The notes below the pieces were generated by a model. The model made no database searches, was not told where the DNA came from, and was given only the letters and a program-made list of their open reading frames with translations. A DNA stretch of 32,000 nucleotides, taken from positions 6,670 through 38,669 of the forward strand of contig JAUZRF010000014.1 in assembly GCA_030950645.1 (NCBI GenBank). The letters run 5' to 3'. Shown in pieces: positions 8,929 through 20,837 of this stretch. Position 1 is the first letter of the stretch, and each line of letters begins with the position of its first letter. This DNA is from Mariprofundales bacterium (lineage in GTDB: Bacteria > Pseudomonadota > Zetaproteobacteria > Mariprofundales > J009). Position numbers and translations under genes: made by a program.

Positions 8929-9801
8929 CTATGCCATTCTCACGGGACGGTTGGGATGCACCTTCTCACGCCGCCACATGCGCCAAGTTAGCCAGATCTT
9001 GTGCAGTGGCGATAGCGTTGCTGGATGGTTCCAAACATCAAAATGGCTCTGCCGTAACCGTTGCAGGTGGGCATAGTAGATCGCCCCCATAGCTAGTGAG
9101 GCGCGCAGGCTGGCTCGATCCTCTGTGGGCAATAGCTCCAGTGCATGGTGGTAGGTGGTATTGGCCAAATCGCCGTAATGGGTCAGAAGTGCATTGACGC
9201 CATCGGTAAGGTTGCCATCAACCAGGTCTTGATCGGCGACACCGAAGCGGAGTCGACTCTGTTGCGGCAGATAGATGCGGCCGCTTTTCGCATCTTCTGC
9301 TACATCACGCAGGATATTGGTGAGTTGTAGCGCGCGTCCCCAAGCAATGGCAAAGTCGCGACTTTGTGGGTTGTGGTAGCCAAAGATGGCAATGGTCATT
9401 AAACCCACTACCCCGGCAACTCGGTAGCAGTACTCCTCAAGCGCTTCATCATTTGCGATTGGCTTGCCTTCGACATCGGTAAGCATGCCGAGAATAAGCG
9501 CATTAAAGTGGGATTGCTCCAGAGGGAAGATGGATTTTACCCAAGATAGTTCCAAGCCCACGGGGTGGGTTGCTTGCTGCTGTGAATCAAAGACCGCATC
9601 AATCTCCTGTTGCCAGAAGGCGAGTTTACTACGGGCAATATCACGATCGCGAATCTCATCAGCGATATCATCCACCTCACGACAGAAAGCGTAGAGAGCC
9701 ATCATCGCCCGCCGTTTTTGTTCGGGTAGGAACAGGAATGCGTAGAAGAACGAAGAGCCTGAACCCCGTGTGCGTTGCTCGCAGTATTGCCTTGGGTTCA
9801 T
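8929..9801 (-). CDS. hpnD: Presqualene diphosphate synthase HpnD (squalene/phytoene synthase family)
   Basis: SSFFYAFLFLPEQKRRAMMALYAFCREVDDIADE, YCYRVAGVVGLMT, ALQLTNILRDVAEDAKSGRIYLP. Confidence 0.9.
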   Translation of the reverse strand: MNPRQYCEQRTRGSGSSFFYAFLFLPEQKRRAMMALYAFCREVDDIADEIRDRDIARSKLAFWQQEIDAVFDSQQQATHPVGLELSWVKSIFPLEQSHFNALILGMLTDVEGKPIANDEALEEYCYRVAGVVGLMTIAIFGYHNPQSRDFAIAWGRALQLTNILRDVAEDAKSGRIYLPQQSRLRFGVADQDLVDGNLTDGVNALLTHYGDLANTTYHHALELLPTEDRASLRASLAMGAIYYAHLQRLRQSHFDVWNHPATLSPLHKIWLTWRMWRREKVHPNRPVRMA

Positions 9802-9822
9802 GATAGAAGCAGTTGTTTATTC

Positions 9823-9975
9823 ATAACTACTTAGCTCACTTCCGATTTTCCCGATAGCGGCGTTGAAAAATGCGCATTGACAGTAGTAAACTCCGCTTTT
9901 TCGCCTTGCTATCAGGAAAACCGGAAGCAATCTGAGCAGTTATAGCCATTTTTGGGTAGGGTGATGCGTAGTTAT
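9823..9975 (+). repeat. GTAAC-family MITE copy E, 153 bp, perfect 8-bp TSD
   Basis: GTTTATTC (9815-9822) | ATAACTACTTAGC...GATGCGTAGTTAT | GTTTATTC (9976-9983). Confidence 0.95.
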
Positions 9976-9977
9976 GT

Positions 9978-11825
9978 TTATTCGACGGTAACGGATTTAG
10001 CCAGATTGCGTGGCTGGTCGACATCTGTGCCCTTGGCGCGGGCGACATAGTAGGCGAGTAGTTGCAAAGGCACCGCAGCCAAGATTGGTGCGGTGAAGAG
10101 GTCACCCTGTGGTAGTTGGATGCGGCCATCGACCGTGATGGATTGCACCGCATCCGCGTCCTGATCGGTTAGCAAAATGATGCGTGCTCCGCGTGCCTGC
10201 ACCTCTCTCAGGTTGGAGATGACCTTATCGAGGTAGTACTGTCTTAGCCCTAGCACCACCACCGGCATGGTTTCATCGATCAGTGCAATGGGGCCATGTT
10301 TCATCTCGCCAGCGGCATAACCCTCGGCATGGAGGTAGGAGATCTCCTTGAGCTTGAGTGCGCCCTCCAATGCCAATGGGTAACAGGCGCCACGGCCAAG
10401 GAATAGCGCGCCATGGGCATGGAGGAATAGCGGTGTCAGGCTGGCGATGGCCTGGCGTTGGCGTAAGATGGTGCGAATATCTGCGCTGCTTTGATGAAGA
10501 AATCGCAAATGCTCTGCTAGCGCAGCATCATTCACCGTGCCCATACGGTAGGCTAGCGTAAGCGAGAATAGCGCTAAGACGGTGAGTTGGGCGGTGAAGG
10601 CTTTGGTAGAGGCGACACCAATTTCTGGCCCTGCATGGAGCAGAATGGTGCCGTCGGACTCGCGCACCATGGATGAGTGGTCAACATTGCACAGGGTGAG
10701 GGTGCGATTATGTGGCGTTAGCGACTTGAATAGGCGCAACGCCTCTAAGGTGTCGGCGGTTTCACCCGATTGCGATAGTGTGACCAGCAGTGTATCGGGG
10801 CCAATAATGGGGTTGCGATAGCGGTACTCCGAGGCAACATCCACCTCAACTGGAATCTGCAAAAAACGCTCGAGCCAGTAACGCGAAGCAAGGGCTGCAT
10901 GGTAGGAGGTGCCGCAGGCAATCATCACAATGCGCTGGGGCAGGGGGTCGTGGTGTATCCAGCTGCATTTAGGAAAACAGATTGACTGGCTGCCACTGGT
11001 GTAGCGCTCCAGAATGCGTGCAATCACCTCGGGCTGTTGGTGAATTTCCTTGTCCATATAGTGGTCGAAACCATCTTTGCCGGTTGTGCTTTGGGTGGTG
11101 GGCATCGGTTGCCAGTTGGGATCTACGGCATTGCCCTTGGCATCAAATAGCGCCATGGCATTGGCGCGAATCCAGCCCCATTCTCCCTCGTTGAGGTAGA
11201 GCACCTGTTCCGCATGGGCGGCGACTGCCAAGGCATCGGAGGCCACCAACACCCCGTGGGAACTCTTGGCCAACAATAATGGGCTCCCTTTGCGGGCAAA
11301 CCATAGCTTTTCTGGGCTTTCTTGGTGCAGGGCTGCAATGGCAAAGGCGCCTTCGAGTTGCTGGAGCATCGCATGCCATGCCTCGTGTGGGCTGCATTGC
11401 TCATCGCCCTCCAATAACCATGGAATCACCTCGCTATCGGTCTCGGATTGCAGATGGCTTTTGCCGGATTTTAACGCATTGCGCAGCTCGATATGATTTT
11501 CGATGATGCCATTATGAACCACCGCCCAATGTGGGCTGAGGTGAGGATGGGCATTGATCGCGGTGGCGCTACCATGGGTGGCCCAGCGGGTGTGACCGAT
11601 ACCAGTATGGCCGGAGAGTGGTTTTTTGGCTAAGGCCTGTTGCAAATGGGAGAGTTTCCCCGGTTGCTTTTCACAATGAAATTGTGCTTCGTCCGCTTCA
11701 TCCGCTTCATTCAATAGGCAGATCCCAGCGCTGTCATAGCCTCGATACTCCATGCAGCGTAGAGCATCAAGCAGGATGGAGCTAACATCGCCTGATGGGA
11801 AGGATGCAGCAATGATTCCGCACAT
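9978..11825 (-). CDS. glmS: Glutamine-fructose-6-phosphate aminotransferase (isomerizing)
   Basis: MCGIIAASFP...LLDALRCMEYRGYDSAGI; SIS domains; C-terminal DQPRNLAKSVTVE. Confidence 0.98.
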   Translation of the reverse strand: MCGIIAASFPSGDVSSILLDALRCMEYRGYDSAGICLLNEADEADEAQFHCEKQPGKLSHLQQALAKKPLSGHTGIGHTRWATHGSATAINAHPHLSPHWAVVHNGIIENHIELRNALKSGKSHLQSETDSEVIPWLLEGDEQCSPHEAWHAMLQQLEGAFAIAALHQESPEKLWFARKGSPLLLAKSSHGVLVASDALAVAAHAEQVLYLNEGEWGWIRANAMALFDAKGNAVDPNWQPMPTTQSTTGKDGFDHYMDKEIHQQPEVIARILERYTSGSQSICFPKCSWIHHDPLPQRIVMIACGTSYHAALASRYWLERFLQIPVEVDVASEYRYRNPIIGPDTLLVTLSQSGETADTLEALRLFKSLTPHNRTLTLCNVDHSSMVRESDGTILLHAGPEIGVASTKAFTAQLTVLALFSLTLAYRMGTVNDAALAEHLRFLHQSSADIRTILRQRQAIASLTPLFLHAHGALFLGRGACYPLALEGALKLKEISYLHAEGYAAGEMKHGPIALIDETMPVVVLGLRQYYLDKVISNLREVQARGARIILLTDQDADAVQSITVDGRIQLPQGDLFTAPILAAVPLQLLAYYVARAKGTDVDQPRNLAKSVTVE

Positions 11826-11834
11826 CGTTTAAGC

Positions 11835-13238
11835 TTACTCCTGGTGCGGCTTACTGGGGCGTTGCCAGTGGGGTAGGTGGCGCTGCTCGGGGCGGGCGGA
11901 GAGTGTTAGCCCGCCTTTGCGTATATCTTTGGTGATGATACTGCCCGCACCCACGGTTGCGTTATCGCCCACTGTGATGGGCGCGATTAGTTTGGTGTCT
12001 GACCCGATGAAAACATGGTCACCAATGGTGGTTTGGTGTTTGTTGGCACCGTCATAGTTGCAGGTGATGGTGCCCGCACCAATGTTGCACGCTTCGCCAA
12101 TCACACTGTCGCCAATATAGGTGAGATGGTTGATCTTGCTGCCGTGGCCAACCACGGATTTTTTAATTTCGACAAAATTTCCAACATGCACATCGCTGTC
12201 GAGCTTAGCCTCTGGGCGCAGGCGGGCAAAAGGTCCGATGCTGGCACCGTTACCAATGCTCGCCGATTCGATATGGCAGTAGGGTAGAATACGCACGCCA
12301 TCATCAATCCAGCCATCGTGGATGATGCTGTAAGAACCAATCTCGCAGTTGTCTCCAATCGCAGTGTTACCAGTAAGTTGACAGCCTGCACATAAGGTGG
12401 TGTCGTTGCCAATGCGTACCCCGTGTTCGATACGCACACTTTCAGGCTGCTCGATGGTGACGCCTTGAAGCTGCCAGTCATGAATGATGCGCTGTTGCAT
12501 GATGCGTTCAGCCTCTGCCAACTGAATCCGGTTGTTGATCCCTAGCATATCATCGGCATCACGCATGGTGTCGCTATCAATTTTAACGCCATGCTGGAGT
12601 CCAATCGGAACGATGTCCGGCAGGTAGTACTCTTGCTGTGCGTTGCGATTTTCTATCTGATGAAGCAGTGTAAACAGGGTGTCAAAGCGGACACAGTAGA
12701 TGCCGCTGCAGACTTCGCAGATTTTTTTCTGGGTCGCATCGGCATCGCGTTCCTCTACAATTTGTGCGATAGAGCCATCTTCTGCCCGAACAATTCGGCC
12801 ATAACCAAAGGGGTTGCTTACCTCTGCGGTGAGTACGGTGATGCCAGCACCACTGGAACGGTGGCGCGCCACCAGTTGGCGCAAGGTATCGCTTTGTAGC
12901 AGCGGGGTGTCGCCGCAAACGATGAGAACATCCCGTACATCGCGGATTGCGGCTTCACACTGGCGAACGGCATGACCGGTGCCGAGTTGCTGATCCTGAA
13001 TCACCCATGATAGATTGGCTGGGTTTCCAACATGTGCCTGTACCAGTTCAGATGCATGACCGGTGACCAGCGCAATGCCTTTGGGTTGAAGCTTTTCAAC
13101 GGTTCGGAGCACATAATCCACCATTGCCCGACCCAGCAAGGGATGCAGAACCTTGGGTAGGCTAGAGCACATCCGTTTACCCTTACCGGCTGCAAGCACG
13201 CAGATTTGAAGATCATCCAACGGGGCATGTTGTAGCAT
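11835..13238 (-). CDS. glmU: Bifunctional UDP-GlcNAc pyrophosphorylase / GlcN-1-P acetyltransferase
   Basis: VLAAGKGKRMCSSLPKVLHPLLGRAM; hexapeptide-repeat C-terminus with NFVEIKKS. Confidence 0.97.
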   Translation of the reverse strand: MLQHAPLDDLQICVLAAGKGKRMCSSLPKVLHPLLGRAMVDYVLRTVEKLQPKGIALVTGHASELVQAHVGNPANLSWVIQDQQLGTGHAVRQCEAAIRDVRDVLIVCGDTPLLQSDTLRQLVARHRSSGAGITVLTAEVSNPFGYGRIVRAEDGSIAQIVEERDADATQKKICEVCSGIYCVRFDTLFTLLHQIENRNAQQEYYLPDIVPIGLQHGVKIDSDTMRDADDMLGINNRIQLAEAERIMQQRIIHDWQLQGVTIEQPESVRIEHGVRIGNDTTLCAGCQLTGNTAIGDNCEIGSYSIIHDGWIDDGVRILPYCHIESASIGNGASIGPFARLRPEAKLDSDVHVGNFVEIKKSVVGHGSKINHLTYIGDSVIGEACNIGAGTITCNYDGANKHQTTIGDHVFIGSDTKLIAPITVGDNATVGAGSIITKDIRKGGLTLSARPEQRHLPHWQRPSKPHQE

Positions 13239-13353
13239 GGTAATGCGACTCCTTAATCAAGTGGTCGGTAATTGGGGGCGAAAGGATAGCAACATGGTAT
13301 TTTCACGACCACCTGTCGTTGTGTGGTGGATAGTAGGGGGCTTTGTTTAGAAA

Positions 13354-13478
13354 AACAAAGGGGCTGCAACATGTGCAACCCCGTAATTACTCAGCACCCA
13401 TTGAAAACATCCCATAACTGCTCAGATCGCTTCCGGTTTTTCTGATAGCAAGCTGAGTAGTTACGCAACCCCTTTGTT
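13354..13478 (-). terminator. Intrinsic terminator downstream of atpC, interrupted by MITE copy F
   Basis: Minus strand GGGGTTGCA-CATGT-TGCAGCCCC followed by TTTGTTTTT. Removing 13383-13464 and one GCAACCCC restores AACAAAGGGGCTGCA-ACATG-TGCAACCCCTTTGTT. Confidence 0.75.
13383..13464 (-). repeat. GTAAC-family deletion derivative F, 82 bp, perfect 8-bp TSD
   Basis: GCAACCCC (13375-13382) | GTAATTACTCAGCACCC...TTTCTGATAGCAAGCTGAGTAGTTAC | GCAACCCC (13465-13472); inverted relative to copy B and sharing its tail variant. Confidence 0.95.
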
Positions 13479-13483
13479 TAATT

Positions 13484-13552
13484 GTAGCTGTTCAGTGTAT
13501 CCCGTGATCTAAGCAGTTACAGCCATTTTCTGGTAGGGTGCTGAGTAGTTAC
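13484..13552 (+). repeat. Degenerate GTAAC-family remnant F'
   Basis: GTAGCTGTTCAG...GATCTAAGCAGTTACAGCCATTTTCTGGTAGGGTGCTGAGTAGTTAC. Confidence 0.75.
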
Positions 13553-13565
13553 GCTGAATGAAGGA

Positions 13566-13973
13566 TCAGTGTCTTTTCTTTTTGCGTAACCAATCGAGTC
13601 GGGCCGCAGCAATGGCCAGTTCGGAACTCGCCCTAGCATAGTCGATGTCGCCATTGCGGTTCGCTTCTCCATCTTCGGCTTTGCGCGTAGCTTCGAGAGC
13701 TGCTGCCTCATCAATATCTGTGGCGCGCTCAGCGGAGTCCGCCAAGATGGTGATCATGTTGGGTTGCACCTCAATGAAGCCACCGGAGATAAAAACCTCA
13801 TCAATATGGTCACCCACATGTACACGGAGCTCACCGGGTTTCAGCGCACTCAATAGCGGGGCATGGTTAGGCATGATGCCAAGTTCTCCAGCTGCACCTG
13901 GAGCAACTAGAAAATCCGCATCACCACGATAAACCTCGCGCTCGGCGGTGGCGACCAATACAGGGACGCTCAT
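13566..13973 (-). CDS. atpC: ATP synthase epsilon subunit (start trimmed to MSVPVLVATAER)
   Basis: REVYRGDADFLVAPGAAGELGIMPNHAPLLSALKPGELRV; operon position. Confidence 0.93.
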   Translation of the reverse strand: MSVPVLVATAEREVYRGDADFLVAPGAAGELGIMPNHAPLLSALKPGELRVHVGDHIDEVFISGGFIEVQPNMITILADSAERATDIDEAAALEATRKAEDGEANRNGDIDYARASSELAIAAARLDWLRKKKRH

Positions 13974-13974
13974 A

Positions 13975-16244
<2,270 letters not shown>

Positions 16245-16253
16245 GTTATACCC

Positions 16254-17795
16254 CTAGTAGGTTCCGCTGGCTTTGAATTCAGCCAACGATTTATCCAAGA
16301 TGGCTACAACATCGTCGGTAAGGGCTGGAGAGGCATTCAACGCATCCATCATCTCCTTTTGCTCATGGTTGAGATGGGAGATGAATGCATGTTCAAAACT
16401 GATCACTTTGTCGGTTTCAATATCATTGAGGTCGCCGTGATTCAAGGCATAGAGGATTGCAGTCATCTCGGCCACATTCAAAGGAGAATTTTCCTCTTGC
16501 TTGAGTACCTCCATGCCCCGTTTTCCACGCTCAATCTGGTTGCGGGTTGCCTCGTCTAGGTCGGAGGCGAACTGTGCGAATGCTGCCAGCTCACGGTACT
16601 GAGCCAAATCGAGGCGCAGACCACCACCAACTTTTTTCATTGCTTTGGTCTGTGCAGCGCCTCCGACACGGGATACGGAGAGTCCGACATTCACGGCGGG
16701 GCGTTGACCCGAGTTGAATAGCCCACTTTCAAGGAATATTTGGCCATCGGTAATGGAGATAACATTGGTGGGTACGAATGCAGAAACATCGCCATCTTGG
16801 GTTTCAATGATTGGGAGCGCGGTGAGCGATCCTGTTTTTCCTGTAACCTTACCCTTGGTGAAATTCTCAACATATTTTTCGCTAACGCGCGATGCTCGCT
16901 CCAAAAGACGGGAGTGGAGATAGAATACATCACCGGGATAGGCTTCACGACCTGGTGGGCGACGAAGAATGAGTGAAACCTGACGGTAGGCCCATGCCTG
17001 CTTGGTCAGATCATCATAGATAATCAGGGCATCTTCACCACGATCACGGAAATACTCACCCATGGTACATCCGGCATAAGGCGCCAAATACTGCAGTGCT
17101 GCAGATTCCGATGCTGAGGCTGCAACAATGATGGTGTGTGCTAGTGCGCCATGCTCTTTGAGTGTGGCAACTACCGTGGCAACGGTTGATGCTTTTTGGC
17201 CAATTGCAACATAAATGCAGGTGACACCAGTATCTTTTTGGTTGATGATGGTGTCGATGGCAATGGCGGTTTTGCCTGTCTGACGATCACCAATAATTAA
17301 CTCACGCTGGCCGCGTCCAACCGGGATCATGGCATCAATTGCCTTGATCCCCGTTTGCATCGGTTGATCAACGCTTTGGCGCCAGATAACGCCAGGAGCC
17401 ACCTTTTCCACCTGATCATTGAGCTTGGTGGCGATCGCACCTTGACCATCGATTGGTTGACCCAGGGCATTGACTACACGCCCTTTAAGCTCCGGACCAA
17501 CCGGAACCTCTAGGATGCGGCCGGTGCAACGCACCTCGTCGCCTTCACGCAGATGCAAATACTCACCGAAGATGACGGCACCAACGCTGTCCTCCTCAAG
17601 GTTGAGAACCATTGCCATGGTGCCTTCACCCAGTTCCAGCATCTCACCAGCCATGGCGCCAGAGAGTCCATGGATGCGGGCGACGCCATCACCGACTGAA
17701 ATGATGGTGCCGACATTGGCATCAGCAGATGCCACTTCAAATCCCTTAATCTGCTCTTTGATGATGGAGCTAATCTCCGCCGTATCAAGCTTCAT
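16254..17795 (-). CDS. atpA: ATP synthase alpha subunit
   Basis: [64 protein letters not shown]. Confidence 0.98.
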   Translation of the reverse strand: MKLDTAEISSIIKEQIKGFEVASADANVGTIISVGDGVARIHGLSGAMAGEMLELGEGTMAMVLNLEEDSVGAVIFGEYLHLREGDEVRCTGRILEVPVGPELKGRVVNALGQPIDGQGAIATKLNDQVEKVAPGVIWRQSVDQPMQTGIKAIDAMIPVGRGQRELIIGDRQTGKTAIAIDTIINQKDTGVTCIYVAIGQKASTVATVVATLKEHGALAHTIIVAASASESAALQYLAPYAGCTMGEYFRDRGEDALIIYDDLTKQAWAYRQVSLILRRPPGREAYPGDVFYLHSRLLERASRVSEKYVENFTKGKVTGKTGSLTALPIIETQDGDVSAFVPTNVISITDGQIFLESGLFNSGQRPAVNVGLSVSRVGGAAQTKAMKKVGGGLRLDLAQYRELAAFAQFASDLDEATRNQIERGKRGMEVLKQEENSPLNVAEMTAILYALNHGDLNDIETDKVISFEHAFISHLNHEQKEMMDALNASPALTDDVVAILDKSLAEFKASGTY

Positions 17796-17883
17796 AGTTG
17801 TACCTCAAAAGATGTTATTGCCAATCTATAGACAATGTTTTTTTTGTTAAACATAATGGATTGCATCGGGTAGCCGTAGGGCT

Positions 17884-18411
17884 TCATCCGGCCATGATCG
17901 CGCGCAGGCCGTTGAGCCGCGAGCGAACCGATTGGTCGATGCGTCGATCACCAACATTCACAATAAACCCACCGATAATGGATTTATGCTGATGTACCTC
18001 GATATTGAGTGCTTTGCCGACCGTGCCTTCGAGGGCTACAGCGATCCTATTTCGCAATGCTGCGGTGATGCGGGTGGCTACAATGAGCTCCACATCCACT
18101 GTCGATGCATTGGCTTGGAGCATCGTATCAACCTGTTGCCCGATCAGGACAAGTAGGGTCAACTTGTTGCGCCCAGTCAGTATGGTCAGCAAGCGTTCCA
18201 GTTCAGCGGGGAGCTCGGTTACTGTTGCGCAAAGAATACGCTTTTTGACAGAGGCAGGAATAGTCGAATTGGATAGCAGCGTCGCGACATCTTCCATCGC
18301 AGCAACCTCGGCAAGATCCGCTAGCGGTTGGCGCAATGTAGTAGCACCCTCTTCGATCAACTCAAAGATGGCGCGTGCGTATCGGCGGGCGACGCGGCTC
18401 TCACTGCTCAT
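17884..18411 (-). CDS. atpH: ATP synthase delta subunit
   Basis: MSSESRVARRYARAIFELIEE...VEHQHKSIIGGFIVNVGDRRIDQSVRSRLNGLRAIM pattern; 4-nt overlap with atpF. Confidence 0.93.
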   Translation of the reverse strand: MSSESRVARRYARAIFELIEEGATTLRQPLADLAEVAAMEDVATLLSNSTIPASVKKRILCATVTELPAELERLLTILTGRNKLTLLVLIGQQVDTMLQANASTVDVELIVATRITAALRNRIAVALEGTVGKALNIEVHQHKSIIGGFIVNVGDRRIDQSVRSRLNGLRAIMAG

Positions 18412-18890
18412 GCCTGGCTGTACTCGCGCTCGATAATCTGCTCAATGAGTGCTGTATGGCGTTTGGCATCAAGCTCGGCCTGTACGATCTGCTCCGCTGC
18501 GGTGATAGCAATGTTGGCCACCTCCTTGCGTAGCGCCTGACGGGCGCGCTCAACCTCAGCGGTTAGCTCCTCCTTGCCTGAAGCAACAATCTGCTCGGCA
18601 TTAGCGCGTGCCTTATGGATCGCCTCTTCGTTGATCTCCGCAGAGCGTTTTTCGGCCTTGGACAGAATTCTCTGTGCTTCTGCGCGTGCTTCAGCCATCT
18701 GCTTTTCGATCTCTGCTTTGGCTATTTCCTTGGCCTCAAGCCCTGCGTCTGCGGCAGCAAGCCCCTCGGCTATTTTCGCTGATCGTGCCTCCATCATATC
18801 ATTCATGGGGCCGTATAGGTGTTTCTTCATCAGGTAGACCAAGGTGAGAAACACCACGATCTGGCCGATAAAGGTTAAGTCAATACTCAT
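18408..18890 (-). CDS. atpF: ATP synthase b subunit
   Basis: N-terminal TM (DLTFIGQIVVFLTLVYLMKK) plus long charged helix ending TAAEQIVQAELD; between atpE and atpH. Confidence 0.93.
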   Translation of the reverse strand: MSIDLTFIGQIVVFLTLVYLMKKHLYGPMNDMMEARSAKIAEGLAAADAGLEAKEIAKAEIEKQMAEARAEAQRILSKAEKRSAEINEEAIHKARANAEQIVASGKEELTAEVERARQALRKEVANIAITAAEQIVQAELDAKRHTALIEQIIEREYSQA

Positions 18891-18935
18891 GCCTTCTCCT
18901 CAGTGTGTATGGTTGGGATAGTGAGTGGGTCTAAC

Positions 18936-19190
18936 TTATCCGATGAAAGGGTTGGCGAATAGGAACCAGAGTGCAAATGCCATAATGATGAACGGGAATG
19001 ACTCCATCAAGCCGGCAAAAATGAACATATTGAACATCAATTGTGGGCGCATTTCAGGCTGACGCGCGATACCCTCTAAGGTTTTGGAGGTGATGAGACC
19101 CCAACCAATTGCAGACCCCAGTCCGGCCGCTGCCAGAATAACACCGACTGAAATGGCGGTAGCCGCAGTAATGATTACATTTGCATCCAT
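18936..19190 (-). CDS. atpE: ATP synthase c subunit
   Basis: AAAGLGSAIGWGLITSKTLEGIARQPE and second helix LMESFPFIIMAFALWFLFANPF. Confidence 0.96.
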   Translation of the reverse strand: MDANVIITAATAISVGVILAAAGLGSAIGWGLITSKTLEGIARQPEMRPQLMFNMFIFAGLMESFPFIIMAFALWFLFANPFIG

Positions 19191-19227
19191 GGTTTATAAC
19201 TCCTTTGTTGTTTTGTTATGGATAGGT

Positions 19228-20049
19228 TTAATGTTCTACCGGTTGATGGGCTATTGAGAGATAGACAATCGATAGAATCATAAAGATAAAAGCTTGCAGT
19301 AGGCCGATAAAGAGATGGAATATACTCCAGGCGAGGCCAACGAAGAAGCCTGAAACCATCCCCACGATGCCGCCGCTGAGCAGAAGGAATGAGATCAATA
19401 AGAAAATCACTTCGCCGGCGAACATGTTGCCGAATAGTCGAAAGGCGAGCGATAGCGGCTTTGCCAACTCTTCAACCAGCTTTAGAATCAGGTTGATTGG
19501 CATGATGATGGGTTTAAGCGGGGTAGGCACCAAGTTGGTGAAGGGCTCAAACAGCAGTTCCTTGCAGAAATGCAATGGCTTAAGCTTGAATTCATAGTAC
19601 AATACAAGAATAAATACTGAGATGCCCATCGCTGCTGGCAGGTTAAGGTCATTGGTGGGAACAGGGCGGAAGTGCTCTATACCAAACAACCCGGCAATAT
19701 TCCCAATAAGAAATGAAGGTAGAATATCCAGTGTGTTGCATAGAAAAATAAAGACGAAAATAGTCAGAGCCAGCGGGGCAATGAGGGGGTTGTTGGTTGG
19801 GAAGTTGTCTTTCACTGTCTGATTGACAAAGTCGATAATGGATTCAATGAAGTTTTGCGTGCCTGTTGGGGCTCCGGAGGTGAGTCGGGCACCAAGCCAT
19901 TTGGAAAACAAAACCATAACCGTGGCAATAGCAATGGTCATCAGCATGGTGTCGAGATGGATTTGCATGAACGGATTGTGCTGGTCGAACTGCAATGTCC
20001 AGTAATGGAGGTGGCCTGCGATGCCGCCTTCATGCCCTTGTTGTGCCAC
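19228..20049 (-). CDS. atpB: ATP synthase a subunit
   Basis: FGIEHFRPVPTNDLNLPAAMGISVFILV, LVEELAKPLSLAFRLFGNMFAGEVIFLLI, GLLQAFIFMILSIVYLS. Confidence 0.97.
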   Translation of the reverse strand: MAQQGHEGGIAGHLHYWTLQFDQHNPFMQIHLDTMLMTIAIATVMVLFSKWLGARLTSGAPTGTQNFIESIIDFVNQTVKDNFPTNNPLIAPLALTIFVFIFLCNTLDILPSFLIGNIAGLFGIEHFRPVPTNDLNLPAAMGISVFILVLYYEFKLKPLHFCKELLFEPFTNLVPTPLKPIIMPINLILKLVEELAKPLSLAFRLFGNMFAGEVIFLLISFLLLSGGIVGMVSGFFVGLAWSIFHLFIGLLQAFIFMILSIVYLSIAHQPVEH

Positions 20050-20061
20050 TTTTATCTCCCT

Positions 20062-20436
20062 CTATCTACTTCTGATCGGTTGCGACAGTTGCAACATTCC
20101 TGAACCAAACAGCGCTATTTGCGCGATAAACATGCCCAAAGCAACCGCCGGCAACCACATCCCTAACCAATAAGCAACCGCAAGCAGTATTAGTAGGACG
20201 AAAAACCTTCCTCCTGCTAGTGCAATGGCTCCTTTTTTAGTGTTACTATCAAAATGATACATCTGCCCAGCTAGCCAAATTCCAGTCACAATAATCACGG
20301 AGCCACCATAGGCAACTGAGCTAGTAATTTGCGGGCTAGCTATGGTGAAGCTGGCCAGCACCGAAACACTCACGACCCCGATTTGCGTAAATATAACCTT
20401 GCGGTAACTGCATCTTTGAAGGGGTGAAAGAATCAA
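20062..20436 (-). CDS. atpI: ATP synthase subunit I (AtpI-like)
   Basis: Four hydrophobic segments; position immediately upstream of atpB. Confidence 0.75.
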   Translation of the reverse strand: MILSPLQRCSYRKVIFTQIGVVSVSVLASFTIASPQITSSVAYGGSVIIVTGIWLAGQMYHFDSNTKKGAIALAGGRFFVLLILLAVAYWLGMWLPAVALGMFIAQIALFGSGMLQLSQPIRSR

Positions 20437-20564
20437 GTCATCTCGACCATTACCAACTTCAAAGCGCGGCGATTTCTAACGGGTAGTGGCTTCAAAATCA
20501 AGATGAACGCATGATGAAGGAATGACGATAGGGAGATTTCATAGAGGTACAAGATGATAGTTTC

Positions 20565-20837
20565 TTAATGATATAAGTAGGTTAAATAATCAAAATAAAG
20601 CTTTATACGATCTTTGGTTATTTCCAGTTGGCTGCAGGATTCGGCGAGAGATCGGACACTGTATTCCTGCTTTTGTGCGATGCTGAGGCGTTTCCAATCC
20701 TCGGCATCTACTAGGTGATCCCCAGTTTGATCGTACTGTTCATCCACGGTCAATTTGGTGTTTGCTACCGTGGTTGTGGCCATCGCAAAGGATGGCCACA
20801 ACAGAACAGCAATCAGTAGGGGTTTAGTAACGATAAT
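20565..20837 (-). CDS. Small hypothetical protein with possible N-terminal signal peptide; start uncertain
   Basis: Reading upstream of the supplied ORF (20565-20801) gives [36 protein letters not shown]..., a K + hydrophobic core + SFA pattern. Overlaps the ahcY 3' end; no canonical start upstream. Confidence 0.35.
   Translation of the reverse strand: MIVTKPLLIAVLLWPSFAMATTTVANTKLTVDEQYDQTGDHLVDAEDWKRLSIAQKQEYSVRSLAESCSQLEITKDRIKLYFDYLTYLYH

Noticed and set aside
9978-11825. Possible fused or unusual glmS
   Set aside because: Normal GATase plus two-SIS architecture; no glmS ribozyme signature was noticed downstream, and gene order glmU-glmS is ordinary.
18936-19190. Na+-type ATP synthase c subunit
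   Set aside because: The acidic residue is present (MES), but the helix-1 Gln typical of Na+ c rings is replaced by Trp (AIGWG), so H+ coupling is the simpler reading.
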